From an uncultured Planctomycetia bacterium (GTDB lineage Bacteria; Omnitrophota; Gorgyraeia; Duberdicusellales; 4484-171), in contig CAZVQU010000001.1 of NCBI GenBank assembly GCA_964629655.1, positions 420,056-484,055 on the forward strand: a stretch of DNA of 64,000 nucleotides. The letters are read 5' to 3'. A model generated the notes under the pieces. It saw only the letters and a program-made list of their open reading frames with translations. It was not told the origin of the DNA and ran no database searches. Shown here in pieces: positions 37,917 to 47,819 of this stretch (its first letter is position 1; each line of letters opens with the position of its first letter). The position numbers and the translations under genes were made by a program.

Positions 37917-39849
37917 CTTTGATCCTTTCTGAAAATTCATCAAAATCGATCTTAAGTTTACTTAATACTTCACGGGCGTCTTCTGTGTTATTAGTCTTTA
38001 TATATATTTTAGCCAACAGTTTTTTGACGGCAGAGAAATCTCGATTAAAAAGCAGACTACTCCGGCAATGCGAGAATGCTCTTTCATAATCTTTGTTTTT
38101 GTAATAAATCTTTCCTAAAAGATAATGGCTTTCATAGTGGTTGGGTAAAACTTCTAATACTTCCTCTAAATACATCTCACTATTATTATAAAATTTTAGC
38201 ATATATAAAACATAAGCCATATTGTAAAGTCCATCCATATTCGGAGATTTAAGCTTTAGGTTGTTAACCAAGTCCACCTTTTTCGGACTTTTTAGCCTAA
38301 AATTGACTAAATAAGGCTTTAGGCTCTTTTCAATTAATTCTTCTTTTACAAAAATAATACCGTCTTTACCGAAATATACGCACTTAAACCCCTCCTGGTA
38401 GATAAACTTTATCAAAGGAGGCGGGGTAGTTCTTATATAGCTGATGATAAAACCCTGTAATTTATATTTATCGAGGGCCTCTTTAAAAGCTTCTTTATTT
38501 CCTTCAAGGATTTTTCTGTAGAAAGTAAAAAATTCCGAACCGTAGACCTCACCCCGGCCATCAATAAAAACTTTTCTCTGGGGGTAGAAATTAAATATCA
38601 AATAAGATCCCGAATTAAAATCATTAAACATCCTCTCCGGCAAATTAACCTTATTCATGAACTCACCCATACCTTCTTGGTATACCCCTCTGCCCTGACC
38701 CAAGGCAATGCTTTCGATAGAAACTACATTATCCTTGCCTAAATAACTTCTTCCTAAACCATAAAGACGAGTAATTGCCTTAACTACACCTATGTTGATC
38801 CAGATAATAATAAAAAGTAGTATTAGCCTTACTAACAAAAAGCTTTTTTCTCTAATTATTTTACGAGTTAAAAAATCCTTAATATACTCGTATCTATCTA
38901 CAAACACAACAATTCCCACCGGAACTAAAAAGTATAAATTTCTTATAGAATTTATAGAAAATAACACAACAAATAACCAAAGCCCTATGTAGAAAGGCCT
39001 TAGCTTCTTGGGAAAAGCGAAACACAACCCGGTGAATATTAAGTATTTAAAAAATATAATTCTCTCCGAAAAAACCTTAAACGGACTAGTTAATTCCTGA
39101 ATGTAGCTGTAAAACACCTTCTGCTCACCTGAAAGAATATCTCCAATAACCTTAAAAGGGTAAATCAGAGTTTTGATCGGCTGGGGATTAATCAGACAGG
39201 CAAAAAGTGAAAATAAGAAGACAACTTTCACTGTATTATAAAAGCTTTTTTCAGTTTCTTGCATGTTAATTCTTTCCAATAATAGATAAATTAGCAAAAT
39301 CACCGGACCCAAAAAGAAGAATCCGTGGATATTTACCCAGAAAAGCTGGATGAAAGGAAGAAAAAAAAGAAATTTTTTCTTTTTAAAAATAAAAGGGATT
39401 AAAAATAAAATTAGAAAAAGAAAACTAAAATTATCTGGCCTTAAAGTGAATCTTGAAAAAGATATCTGAAGCCCGTAAAAAACAAGAAAGAAACTCACTA
39501 CCCAGTCAACCTTAAAAGCTATAAATACCAATAGTAAAAAGGCTAGACCAAAAACTGCGCCTTTTAAAAAGAAAAGCCCGTTGATTCCAAAATTATTATA
39601 GAAGAAATAAATAAAGACTTGATAAAACCACTCGTGGTTCACCCACTTTTGCCCCTCCTTAGTAAAGGAAAAAACATCCTCTTTGAGAACTTCTCCTTGG
39701 GTAACTATATGTTCTCCGCTTTTTACGTGAAAAAGATAATCCAAACCAGTGAGATTATAAGAACTATTTAAAAAAAGTAAAGCAAACAGTATAAACACGG
39801 CCGGTAATTTTAAGAATCCTATTATTTTGGTCACAATTCTTGATGCCAT
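37909..39849 (-). CDS. Polytopic membrane protein with C-terminal TPR repeats (possible GT-C/PMT-like glycosyltransferase or O-antigen-ligase-like)
   Basis: About 10-12 hydrophobic helices over the first ~400 aa. The C-terminal ~150 aa have TPR-like repeats (YNMAYVLYMLKFYNNSEMYLEEVLEV, LLGKIYYKNKDYERAFSHC). Confidence 0.5.
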   Translation of the reverse strand: MASRIVTKIIGFLKLPAVFILFALLFLNSSYNLTGLDYLFHVKSGEHIVTQGEVLKEDVFSFTKEGQKWVNHEWFYQVFIYFFYNNFGINGLFFLKGAVFGLAFLLLVFIAFKVDWVVSFFLVFYGLQISFSRFTLRPDNFSFLFLILFLIPFIFKKKKFLFFLPFIQLFWVNIHGFFFLGPVILLIYLLLERINMQETEKSFYNTVKVVFLFSLFACLINPQPIKTLIYPFKVIGDILSGEQKVFYSYIQELTSPFKVFSERIIFFKYLIFTGLCFAFPKKLRPFYIGLWLFVVLFSINSIRNLYFLVPVGIVVFVDRYEYIKDFLTRKIIREKSFLLVRLILLFIIIWINIGVVKAITRLYGLGRSYLGKDNVVSIESIALGQGRGVYQEGMGEFMNKVNLPERMFNDFNSGSYLIFNFYPQRKVFIDGRGEVYGSEFFTFYRKILEGNKEAFKEALDKYKLQGFIISYIRTTPPPLIKFIYQEGFKCVYFGKDGIIFVKEELIEKSLKPYLVNFRLKSPKKVDLVNNLKLKSPNMDGLYNMAYVLYMLKFYNNSEMYLEEVLEVLPNHYESHYLLGKIYYKNKDYERAFSHCRSSLLFNRDFSAVKKLLAKIYIKTNNTEDAREVLSKLKIDFDEFSERIKDE

Positions 39850-39874
39850 AGTAAATCAGCTCACTTTTATATAG

Positions 39875-40405
39875 TTATACAGATTCTTCCCCTTTATCTA
39901 AAGCCTTTAGGTTTTGGTTTACGGTATTTTTGTTCTTAAATGTTTCTTTCAAAGCATTAATTAAGGTTTGCTTTTTAAAGATGCCCGGGCTTAAAGAAAG
40001 AAGCGCCCCTAAAGCAACTACATTTGCTACCTTTATATTACCGCAATCAAGGGCTATTTTGTTCAAAGGTAAACTAGCTCCTTTAATATTATCGAATGAA
40101 AACTTACCGCTTATAAGATCGGAGTTAAGAATGATAATGCTCCCCTTTTTGAGCTTACTTTTAAACTTATCCAAAGATGGTTGATTAAAAATCAGGGCTA
40201 CGTCCGGACGGTTTTCGAAAGGGGAAGCTATCGGTGAATCAGAGATCTTTACACAACAATGCGCAGTGCCTCCACGCATCTCAGCACCATAAGAAGGAAA
40301 AAAAGTTGTATGCCTACCCTCTTTAAGGGCAGCTTTGGCTAAAAACTTACCTAAGCTCATTATGCCTTGACCGCCAAAACCGGAAATTAAAATCTCTACT
40401 TCCAT
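39875..40405 (-). CDS. porG: 2-oxoacid:ferredoxin oxidoreductase gamma subunit
   Basis: 176 aa. GFGGQG motif, typical of POR/VOR/KOR gamma subunits. Confidence 0.75.
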   Translation of the reverse strand: MEVEILISGFGGQGIMSLGKFLAKAALKEGRHTTFFPSYGAEMRGGTAHCCVKISDSPIASPFENRPDVALIFNQPSLDKFKSKLKKGSIIILNSDLISGKFSFDNIKGASLPLNKIALDCGNIKVANVVALGALLSLSPGIFKKQTLINALKETFKNKNTVNQNLKALDKGEESV

Positions 40406-41139
40406 TATTCTTTAATAACCCCTAAAGGAAATTCTTTTACCATCTCCTCATCAATCCATTTTACTGCTTCAATCGGAGTCATCTTCCAAATAGTAGGACA
40501 AGGACTTAAAACCTCTACTAGGGAAAAGCCCTTCTTTTCTATTTGGTTAATAAATGCTCTCTTGATATATTGATAAGTCTGCTTAACTCCTTGAGGTTTA
40601 CTTATTGAGCTACGAACAAGATAATTTACACCTTTTAAAGGCGCTAACAACTCACTTACCCTCAAAGGCCAACCTTCACCAAAAGCCGGATTCCTACCCC
40701 AAGGGGTAGTAGTTGTCTTCTGACCGAGGATAGTAGTTGGAGCCATTTGTCCTCCGGTCATCCCATAGCAGGCATTATTTACAAAAATACAGGTTAAGTT
40801 CTCTCCTCTATTTGCTGCATGCAAAGTCTCAGCAATACCAATAGAAGCTAGATCTCCATCACCTTGATAGGTAAATACTGTCAAGTTAGGATGAGACCTC
40901 TTTATCCCGGTAGCAACAGCTAAGGCCCGACCATGAGCAGCTTCGGAAACATCAAAATCCCAGTAATTATACGCTAGGACTGCACAGCCAACCGGAGCGA
41001 TACCTACGACCTTCTCTTTTAAACCCAACTCATCTATTGCTTGAGCCACTAAACGATGCAGGGTTCCATGGCCACAACCAGAGCAATAGTGAGTATTTAC
41101 ATCGCGTAAAGATTCTGGTGGTGAGAATTCATTGTTCAT
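40405..41139 (-). CDS. porB: 2-oxoacid:ferredoxin oxidoreductase beta subunit (TPP-binding)
   Basis: Cys-rich N-terminus (CSGCGHG) and TPP-binding GDG...N motif (YQGDGDLASIG). 1-nt overlap with the gamma subunit gene. Confidence 0.85.
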   Translation of the reverse strand: MNNEFSPPESLRDVNTHYCSGCGHGTLHRLVAQAIDELGLKEKVVGIAPVGCAVLAYNYWDFDVSEAAHGRALAVATGIKRSHPNLTVFTYQGDGDLASIGIAETLHAANRGENLTCIFVNNACYGMTGGQMAPTTILGQKTTTTPWGRNPAFGEGWPLRVSELLAPLKGVNYLVRSSISKPQGVKQTYQYIKRAFINQIEKKGFSLVEVLSPCPTIWKMTPIEAVKWIDEEMVKEFPLGVIKE

Positions 41140-42191
41140 AGGTTTTTCTTTATAGCTCTTGCAATCTCTTTTGCCTGGGGTATTCCTCCTCCGGCTTTAC
41201 CTAAAAAAGAAATTTCTTTATTAGGCAGGACCAACCTCACATCCTCAACCATCTGACCTAAAGACTGCTCTACAACCAATATCTTTTTTGCTCCCTTAGC
41301 TATTTCTCTCAAACCCTTCCCGGGATAAGGCCAAAGGCTTATCGGCCGAAATAATCCGGCCTTTATCTTTTGCTTCCTTAAAATATCTACTGCTTCAAAA
41401 GCAATCCTTGCTTGAGAACCATAAGAGATAATTAAATACTTAGCATCTTTGATCTTGTAGGTAGAGAATTTTTGTTCACTCTTTTTTATTTTCTCCCACT
41501 TTTCTCTCAACTTATCATTGTGCTTCTGGAGCACTTTGTCTCCTAGGAGCAGAGACATTACGGCATTAGCCGATCTTTTTTTAGCCCCGGTTAAAGCCCA
41601 GGGTTTTTTCGGTAACTTCTTCTTAAACACTCTCTCAAAAGATAACTCAACTGGTTCCATCATCTGCCCGATTATCGCATCAGCTAAGACTAAAACCGGA
41701 TTCCTATAGTAATCAGCTAAATCAAAAGCAAGGATAACTAGTTTTACTGCTTCCTCTACGCTCCAAGGCGCTAGGACCGGTGTAAAATAATCTCCATGCC
41801 CGCCGCCCCGGGTAGCCTGAAAATAATCACTCTGGCTGGAATCAATATTGCCCAGGCCAGGGCCTCCACGCATTACATTGATTATAACTGCCGGAAGTTG
41901 GCATCCAGCTAAATAAGAAATACCTTCCTGCTTCAAAGATATCCCTGGGCTCGAAGAAGATGTCATTGCCCTAACCCCTGAAACTGAGGCACCAAAAACC
42001 ATATTAATAGCCGCTATCTCGCTCTCAGCCTGGACAAAAGCCCTTTTCTCTTGCCTCATCCTCTTAGCCATATAAGCTGTTAGCTCATTTTGGGGAGTTA
42101 TTGGGTATCCAGCATAAAACTTACAGCCTGCTCTAACAGCAGCTTCTCCCATTGCCTCATTCCCACTCATTAATTTTATATTTCTTCTCAT
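41136..42191 (-). CDS. porA: 2-oxoacid:ferredoxin oxidoreductase alpha subunit
   Basis: MSGNEAMGEAAVRAGCKFYAGYPITPQNE N-terminal signature of the POR/KOR alpha subunit. Confidence 0.8.
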   Translation of the reverse strand: MRRNIKLMSGNEAMGEAAVRAGCKFYAGYPITPQNELTAYMAKRMRQEKRAFVQAESEIAAINMVFGASVSGVRAMTSSSSPGISLKQEGISYLAGCQLPAVIINVMRGGPGLGNIDSSQSDYFQATRGGGHGDYFTPVLAPWSVEEAVKLVILAFDLADYYRNPVLVLADAIIGQMMEPVELSFERVFKKKLPKKPWALTGAKKRSANAVMSLLLGDKVLQKHNDKLREKWEKIKKSEQKFSTYKIKDAKYLIISYGSQARIAFEAVDILRKQKIKAGLFRPISLWPYPGKGLREIAKGAKKILVVEQSLGQMVEDVRLVLPNKEISFLGKAGGGIPQAKEIARAIKKNL

Positions 42192-42397
42192 TCTTCTATT
42201 TCAACACAGTTATCCGGACAAATTAAAAAACAAAACCCACATCGGCTGCATTTAGCGCCTTTTTTAAAATTAGCAAACTTAACCCCTCTCTTGTTCAAGG
42301 TTGAAGAAAGATTTAAACTCTTTAGGGGACAGCAAAAAATACAAAGTTCGCACCCTTTACACTTATCTTTGACTATCTTTACTTTAGACATGAGCAT
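42188..42397 (-). CDS. porD: 2-oxoacid:ferredoxin oxidoreductase delta subunit (2x[4Fe-4S] ferredoxin)
   Basis: 69 aa with two CxxCxxCxxxCP motifs (CKGCELCIFCCP, CSRCGFCFLICP). Confidence 0.75.
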   Translation of the reverse strand: MLMSKVKIVKDKCKGCELCIFCCPLKSLNLSSTLNKRGVKFANFKKGAKCSRCGFCFLICPDNCVEIEE

Positions 42398-44252
42398 TGT
42401 CTTGTAATAACTTCTTTACCCTCTCAGCTAGGAAAGAAGCACCTAATCCATAGATATCAAAAAGTTTTTCCCTTTTCCCTGCTGGAATAAACTCATCAGG
42501 AAAACCAACCCTTACCACCCTCACCTTATCAAGAAGATTTTCATTCTCACAAAACTCTAAAACTGCCGATCCAAATCCGCAATCTAAGACCCCTTCTTCA
42601 ACGGTGACAATTAAATCAAATTTATTAACCAATTTCTTCAATAGATTTTCATCCAACGGCTTTATAAAGCGAGCGTTTACTAAAGATGCACTGAGGCCCT
42701 CTTCTTTTAATAAAGAAACACACTCACCGGCTGGTTTCACCATTGAACCTAAAGCAATTATACAAACGTCTTCGCCCTCACTTATAACTTGTGACTTACC
42801 TAACTTAATCGGCTCTCTATTACCCAAGGAGTAAGCATAGCCTTTAGGGTAACGGATGCTTACTGGTGAAGAAAGCCCTAATGAAAACTCTAACATATCT
42901 TCCAGCTCCTCCTTATCCTTGGGAGCCATACACACCATATTAGGTACTAACCTTAAATACCCTATATCAAATACACCGTGATGGGTCGGTCCGTCCTCTC
43001 CGACTACCCCCCCTCTATCTACTGCAAATACTACATTCAAATCTTGCAAGGCAACATCATGAAGTATCTGATCAAAGGCTCGCTGCAAGAATGTAGAATA
43101 GACAGCTACAACTGGTTTTAGTCCCTGCTTAGCCAGACCACTAGCAAAACCAACTGCATGGGGTTCGGCAATGCCTAAATCAAACAGCCTCTCGGGAAAC
43201 TCTTCCTGAAATAGATAAAGACCAGTTCCTTTAGGCATGGCTGCGGTTATAGCCATAATTCTCTTATCATCTTTAGCTAGATTCTTGAGCTTCTTAGCAA
43301 AAACTTCACTAAAATCATCACCGGCTCTAGGTTTAGGCTTACCATTAGCAACATTAAAAGAAGAAACTCCATGAAAATTCTCAGGATTCTCTTCAGAAAA
43401 CTTATATCCTTTACCCTTCTTAGTAACTATATGCAGAATCTTAGGTCCTTTCAGGGAAACAACATTATTCAAAGTCGGAATCAATACATCTAAATTATGT
43501 CCATCAATAGGACCAAAATAACGAAACCCTAACTCTTCAAAGAACAACCCTGGAACAACTAAGCCTTTAACCGTTTCTTCAAACTTCCTGGCTCTTTTAA
43601 CCAATCTCTTCATTAAAGAGAAGTGAGTTAAGAATTTCTCTAACTCATCTTTGATCCGATTATAAACAGGGGCTGATATAATTTTAGTAAGATGATTGCT
43701 CAAGGCACCGACTGAAGGAGAGATGCTCATCTCATTATGGTTAACAATTACCAGGATATCACTTTGTGAGTGGCCAGATGAATTTAAGGCTTCAAAACAC
43801 ATCCCTCCAGTTAAAGACCCGTCACCAACAACGGCAATAGTCTTAGAGCTATCTTCTTTTAACCGTTTTGCCTCTGCGATTCCCTGAGCCCAAGAGATAG
43901 CCGTAGAAGCATGTCCGGATATATAAACGTCATATACAGATTCCTTGTGGTTAGGAAAACCACTAATCCCTTCATACTCCCTTAAATTAAGAAAAGTATT
44001 TTTTCTGCCGGTAACAATTTTGTGAGCGTAGGTTTGATGGCCAACATCAAATACAAGAGAGTCCTTAGGCAAATCCAGACAAACCCCCAGAGCGACACAA
44101 AGCTCTACCGCCCCTAAGGATGACGCCAGATGGCCCCCTCTCCTCGACACCACCTTAACAATCAAATCTCTTATTTCTTGATTAAGGGTTTTTAGCTCTT
44201 CTGGGGTTAGTTTCTTTAAATCTTCTGGAGAGTTAACTCTTTCTAAAATCAT
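42384..44252 (-). CDS. dxs: 1-deoxy-D-xylulose-5-phosphate synthase
   Basis: GGHLASSLGAVEL N-terminal signature. TPP-binding GDG motif. Transketolase-like domains. Length 622 aa. Confidence 0.9.
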   Translation of the reverse strand: MILERVNSPEDLKKLTPEELKTLNQEIRDLIVKVVSRRGGHLASSLGAVELCVALGVCLDLPKDSLVFDVGHQTYAHKIVTGRKNTFLNLREYEGISGFPNHKESVYDVYISGHASTAISWAQGIAEAKRLKEDSSKTIAVVGDGSLTGGMCFEALNSSGHSQSDILVIVNHNEMSISPSVGALSNHLTKIISAPVYNRIKDELEKFLTHFSLMKRLVKRARKFEETVKGLVVPGLFFEELGFRYFGPIDGHNLDVLIPTLNNVVSLKGPKILHIVTKKGKGYKFSEENPENFHGVSSFNVANGKPKPRAGDDFSEVFAKKLKNLAKDDKRIMAITAAMPKGTGLYLFQEEFPERLFDLGIAEPHAVGFASGLAKQGLKPVVAVYSTFLQRAFDQILHDVALQDLNVVFAVDRGGVVGEDGPTHHGVFDIGYLRLVPNMVCMAPKDKEELEDMLEFSLGLSSPVSIRYPKGYAYSLGNREPIKLGKSQVISEGEDVCIIALGSMVKPAGECVSLLKEEGLSASLVNARFIKPLDENLLKKLVNKFDLIVTVEEGVLDCGFGSAVLEFCENENLLDKVRVVRVGFPDEFIPAGKREKLFDIYGLGASFLAERVKKLLQDNAHV

Positions 44253-44608
44253 TTTTGATCAGGGATAACAGTATTTACAAAACTCTCTACTATTTTTTTA
44301 TCTCTTTCGGCAATTTCATAAAACTCTATACCAGTATCCCAAATATTAGCTTCGCTATTCTCGGAATCAGATTTTTCTACTACCCAGACTATTCTGCCCT
44401 TGCAAATTATCTGGGCACCACCTAAAAAAACCTCTAATCCCACAAAAGAGGAAATATCCAAGCTTTCCTCAATTATGACCCTTACTCCTCCAGCTCCAAT
44501 ATTTTCGGTATTTGAAATAAGAGTATGTTCTGAAGGAGCGTGAACGATTATTTTACAGGGAAAATTAGCTCTTACGAAATTTCTTTTCTCTACACCATCC
44601 CAAGCCAT
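44249..44608 (-). CDS. PilZ-domain protein (c-di-GMP receptor type)
   Basis: RxxxR (RNFVRANF) and DxSxGG-like (ENIGAGGVRV) c-di-GMP-binding motifs. Length 119 aa. Confidence 0.6.
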   Translation of the reverse strand: MAWDGVEKRNFVRANFPCKIIVHAPSEHTLISNTENIGAGGVRVIIEESLDISSFVGLEVFLGGAQIICKGRIVWVVEKSDSENSEANIWDTGIEFYEIAERDKKIVESFVNTVIPDQK

Positions 44609-44620
44609 ATTAAACCTCGC

Positions 44621-45412
44621 TTATTTGCTTAAATCCTCTTTTTTATATTCAACCCTCTCTATAGATAAAGCTCTTCCGCTCTCCTCATCCACCTCGATTA
44701 ACACTGCCTGCATCCGAACATCACCCTGAGCCAAATTGAACCGTACAGGCATATTAGTAATAAATCTATCGATGATCTGATGTTTTTCTCTACCCAAAAC
44801 AGAATCACAGCTTCCAGTCATTCCCACATCAGTAATATAAGCAGTAAAATTATCTATTATTCTTTCATCAGCTGTCGGTATATGCGTATGTGTCCCTATA
44901 ACCGCACTTACTTTCCCGGAAAGAAAATGTCCAAGAGCTACCTTCTCGCTAGTTGCTTCTGCGTGCATATCAACAAAAACTATCTTAGCTTCTTTCTTTA
45001 CATCTTCCAGGATACTTTTTATTGCTTTGAAAGGGCAATCAACCGGTTGCATGAATACCCGACCCATAAGATTAATAACCCCTATTTTTACGCCTGAGGC
45101 TTGCTTTATTATATACCCTCTACCAGCAGAAGACTCTCCATAATTTAAAGGCCTTATTAAATCCCGAGTGTCCAGAACCTCTCTGGACTCTTTCTTTTTA
45201 AAAATATGGTCCCCACTGGTGACTACATCTATTCCAGCACTAAAAATATCTTCAGCTGTATCAGAAGTTATGCTTGAACCTCCGGCAGCATTCTCACCAT
45301 TAGCTATAATAAAATCTAGCCTTAAATCCTTTCTAACCGAAGGAAGGATCTCTTTGAGGTAATTTCTGGCAGGTTTACCAACAATGTCACCGATAAATAA
45401 TATCCTAATCAT
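44621..45412 (-). CDS. ymdB: YmdB-family metallophosphoesterase (TIGR00282; 2',3'-cAMP phosphodiesterase-like)
   Basis: MIRILFIGDIVGKPAR N-terminus. GENAAGG and GDH motifs. Its position immediately downstream of rny is conserved. Confidence 0.7.
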   Translation of the reverse strand: MIRILFIGDIVGKPARNYLKEILPSVRKDLRLDFIIANGENAAGGSSITSDTAEDIFSAGIDVVTSGDHIFKKKESREVLDTRDLIRPLNYGESSAGRGYIIKQASGVKIGVINLMGRVFMQPVDCPFKAIKSILEDVKKEAKIVFVDMHAEATSEKVALGHFLSGKVSAVIGTHTHIPTADERIIDNFTAYITDVGMTGSCDSVLGREKHQIIDRFITNMPVRFNLAQGDVRMQAVLIEVDEESGRALSIERVEYKKEDLSK

Positions 45413-45477
45413 AATTTATCTATTTTATACCCTATTTATTGGTTCTACAAATAAAATAAAGGTCCTCTAAAAACCCC

Positions 45478-47034
45478 TTATTTAGCGTAATCTACAGCCC
45501 TAGTTTCTCTAATCACAGTAATCTTTATGTTGCCAGGGTAATCTAGCTCCTGCTCTAATTTCTTCTTTATCTCATGAGCAAGAAGGCTAATTTCATCATC
45601 TTTTACCTTCCCGGGCTGAACGATAACTCTTACTTCTCTTCCGGCCTGGATAGCAAAACTCTTATCTACCCCATCAAAAGAATTAGCAGTTGTCTCAAGC
45701 TGTCTCAACCGCTTTACGTAAGTCTCTAGGGTTTCACGCCTAGCTCCCGGACGGGATGCTGAAATAGCATCAGCTACTAGCGCTAGCAAGGAAAGTAAGG
45801 ACTTAAATTCTGCCTCTTCGTGATGAGCTTCGGCAGCATTTATAACTATCTCGTTTTCCCCATACCGCTTTAATAAATCAGCTCCTATTTGAGCATGAGT
45901 CCCTTCTACCTGATGATCAATAGCTTTACCAATATCATGAAGCAACCCGGCTCTCTTAGCTATGCGGGCATCTAAATCTAGTTCTGCTGCCAAAGTACTC
46001 ATAATAATAGAGACTTCTTTTGAATGTTGAAGGGCATTTTGGCCAAAACTAGTACGGTACTTCAATTTACCTAATAACTTTATCAGCTCTGGATGCAGAT
46101 TATGTATTCCAACATCAAATGCTGCGGCCTTTCCTTCTTCTAGAAGCTTTTTATCAAACTCCTGCTTAGTCTTCTCTACTATCTCTTCTATCCTTGCCGG
46201 ATGAATTCTACCATCCTGAACTAATTTTTCTAATGACAGGCGAGCGACTTCTCTGCGAATAGGATCAAAGCCAGACACGCTTACTGCCTCCGGTGTATCG
46301 TCAATAATAAGATCAACGCCAGTCATCATCTCAAACATTCTTATATTACGGCCTTCCCTGCCAATAATTCTTCCCTTTATCTCATCATTAGGCAGAGAAA
46401 CTACGCTTACCGTAGTCTCGGTAGTGTGCTCGACCGCGCATCTTTGAATAGACTGAGAAATTATCTCTTTTGCTTTGGCTTCGGCCTCTTCTTTAACAGC
46501 CTCCTCCATATCCCTAACCATCTTAGCTTTATCCCCTCTTAACTCTTCTTCATACCGTTTGAGTAATAGCTCTCTTGCCTCCTGAGGGGTTAAAGAAGAA
46601 ATTCTTTTTAACTTCTCTTTTTCCTCTTCAATCAAGTTGCCCAAAGCTTTATTCTTATTCTCTACCTCTAAGGATATTTTTTTAACATCATCCTCGCTCC
46701 GACGCAACTCTCTCTCTTTGCTCTCAATAAAATCTAGCCTTTTTTCTAAATTCTCGTCTCTCTGCAGGAGGCGCTTCTCTAGCTGATTTAGATCTTCTTT
46801 TTTAGAAGAATTTTGCCTCTCAAAATCAACTCTTAACTTATAGAGCAACTCCTTTCCATCCAACTCTGCTTTTCTTCTAATCTCCTCAGTCTTAAATTTA
46901 GCTTCCTTTAGTATCTTTTCTGCATCTTCTTTAGATTTTTTCAATTTACTTTTTTCAACAACTTTACCTAACCACCAACCTAAAAGTAGCCCAACGACAA
47001 CGCCAGACAGTATGTAAATAATAGTAGTAATCAT
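45478..47034 (-). CDS. rny: Ribonuclease Y
   Basis: N-terminal TM anchor. Coiled-coil. KH domain ([12 protein letters not shown]). HD domain (LLHDIGKA). Length 518 aa. Confidence 0.85.
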   Translation of the reverse strand: MITTIIYILSGVVVGLLLGWWLGKVVEKSKLKKSKEDAEKILKEAKFKTEEIRRKAELDGKELLYKLRVDFERQNSSKKEDLNQLEKRLLQRDENLEKRLDFIESKERELRRSEDDVKKISLEVENKNKALGNLIEEEKEKLKRISSLTPQEARELLLKRYEEELRGDKAKMVRDMEEAVKEEAEAKAKEIISQSIQRCAVEHTTETTVSVVSLPNDEIKGRIIGREGRNIRMFEMMTGVDLIIDDTPEAVSVSGFDPIRREVARLSLEKLVQDGRIHPARIEEIVEKTKQEFDKKLLEEGKAAAFDVGIHNLHPELIKLLGKLKYRTSFGQNALQHSKEVSIIMSTLAAELDLDARIAKRAGLLHDIGKAIDHQVEGTHAQIGADLLKRYGENEIVINAAEAHHEEAEFKSLLSLLALVADAISASRPGARRETLETYVKRLRQLETTANSFDGVDKSFAIQAGREVRVIVQPGKVKDDEISLLAHEIKKKLEQELDYPGNIKITVIRETRAVDYAK

Positions 47035-47093
47035 ACGCCCTCCTTATAGACGGATATTAACGCTACTGGTACTTTGCAGCGATAATTTATCTC

Positions 47094-47675
47094 TTAAACA
47101 ATAACTTTTTCGCTAACGATTGTATCGACTTTCTGATCCCAGGAAAGATTTGTAGGAAGGTTTTCTAGAATTTGGAATTCAAAGGCAATGCCTACCTTTT
47201 TAGTAGGCGTAGTTATGTTTTGCAAGAAGCGGTCGTAGAAACCAGCACCTCTGCCCAGCCTGTTCTTTTCTTTGTCAAAAGCCAAACCAGGAACAACTAC
47301 CATATCTATCTCTTTAATGTCCACTTCTTTTGTTCTTTCCGTATCTGGTTGCATAACTCCCCTAGATCCGGGAATAAAATCCTGATCTAAATTTGTAATC
47401 TCAAAGATACGTAAATTTTTTGCCTCTAAATCCATTACTGGAAAACAGAATCGTTTGTTTCCTAAATCTCTCCTAACCTTACTCAAAATGTCTACTTCCC
47501 CGCGTAAGGGATAGTAGACCATAATCACTTTTGCTTTTTTATATAAAGGTAGCTCTGATAATTTATCCTCAACATTTTTGCTCCTCCTTTTAATCTCATT
47601 CTTAGTCAAAGACAAAAGACGTTCTAACAATTTCTGTCTTACTTCTTGTTTCTCTCTCTCTAACACCATTTCCAT
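47094..47675 (-). CDS. 5-formyltetrahydrofolate cyclo-ligase
   Basis: 193 aa. MTHFS-like motifs (YYPLRGEVD, VVPGLAFDKEKNRLGRGAGFYDRFL). Confidence 0.65.
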   Translation of the reverse strand: MEMVLEREKQEVRQKLLERLLSLTKNEIKRRSKNVEDKLSELPLYKKAKVIMVYYPLRGEVDILSKVRRDLGNKRFCFPVMDLEAKNLRIFEITNLDQDFIPGSRGVMQPDTERTKEVDIKEIDMVVVPGLAFDKEKNRLGRGAGFYDRFLQNITTPTKKVGIAFEFQILENLPTNLSWDQKVDTIVSEKVIV

Positions 47676-47715
47676 AATCTTTATTATGCTTTTTTTTAGA
47701 ACAAACCGACCTAAA

Positions 47716-47760
47716 ATACTCTTTAACTTGTGGTAGGATTATACCACCTAAATCTTTAAA
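47716..47760 (-). promoter_or_regulatory. Putative sigma-70 promoter with extended -10 (TGgTATAAT) upstream of the MTHFS gene
   Basis: Minus-strand GGTGGTATAAT (plus strand ATTATACCACC at ~47738-47748). Weak -35 TAGATT at 17-nt spacing. Confidence 0.3.
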
Positions 47761-47819
47761 AATCTATGGAAATTTTGTGGTCTAAAACCCTTGTTTTTCC
47801 TTGTTTCTTAGCTTAAAAC

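Noticed and set aside
39875-42397. Whether the four-subunit oxidoreductase is specifically pyruvate (POR) or 2-oxoglutarate/2-ketoisovalerate (KOR/VOR) type
   Set aside because: Substrate specificity cannot be read from motifs by eye. I annotated it generically as 2-oxoacid:ferredoxin oxidoreductase with por symbols used loosely.
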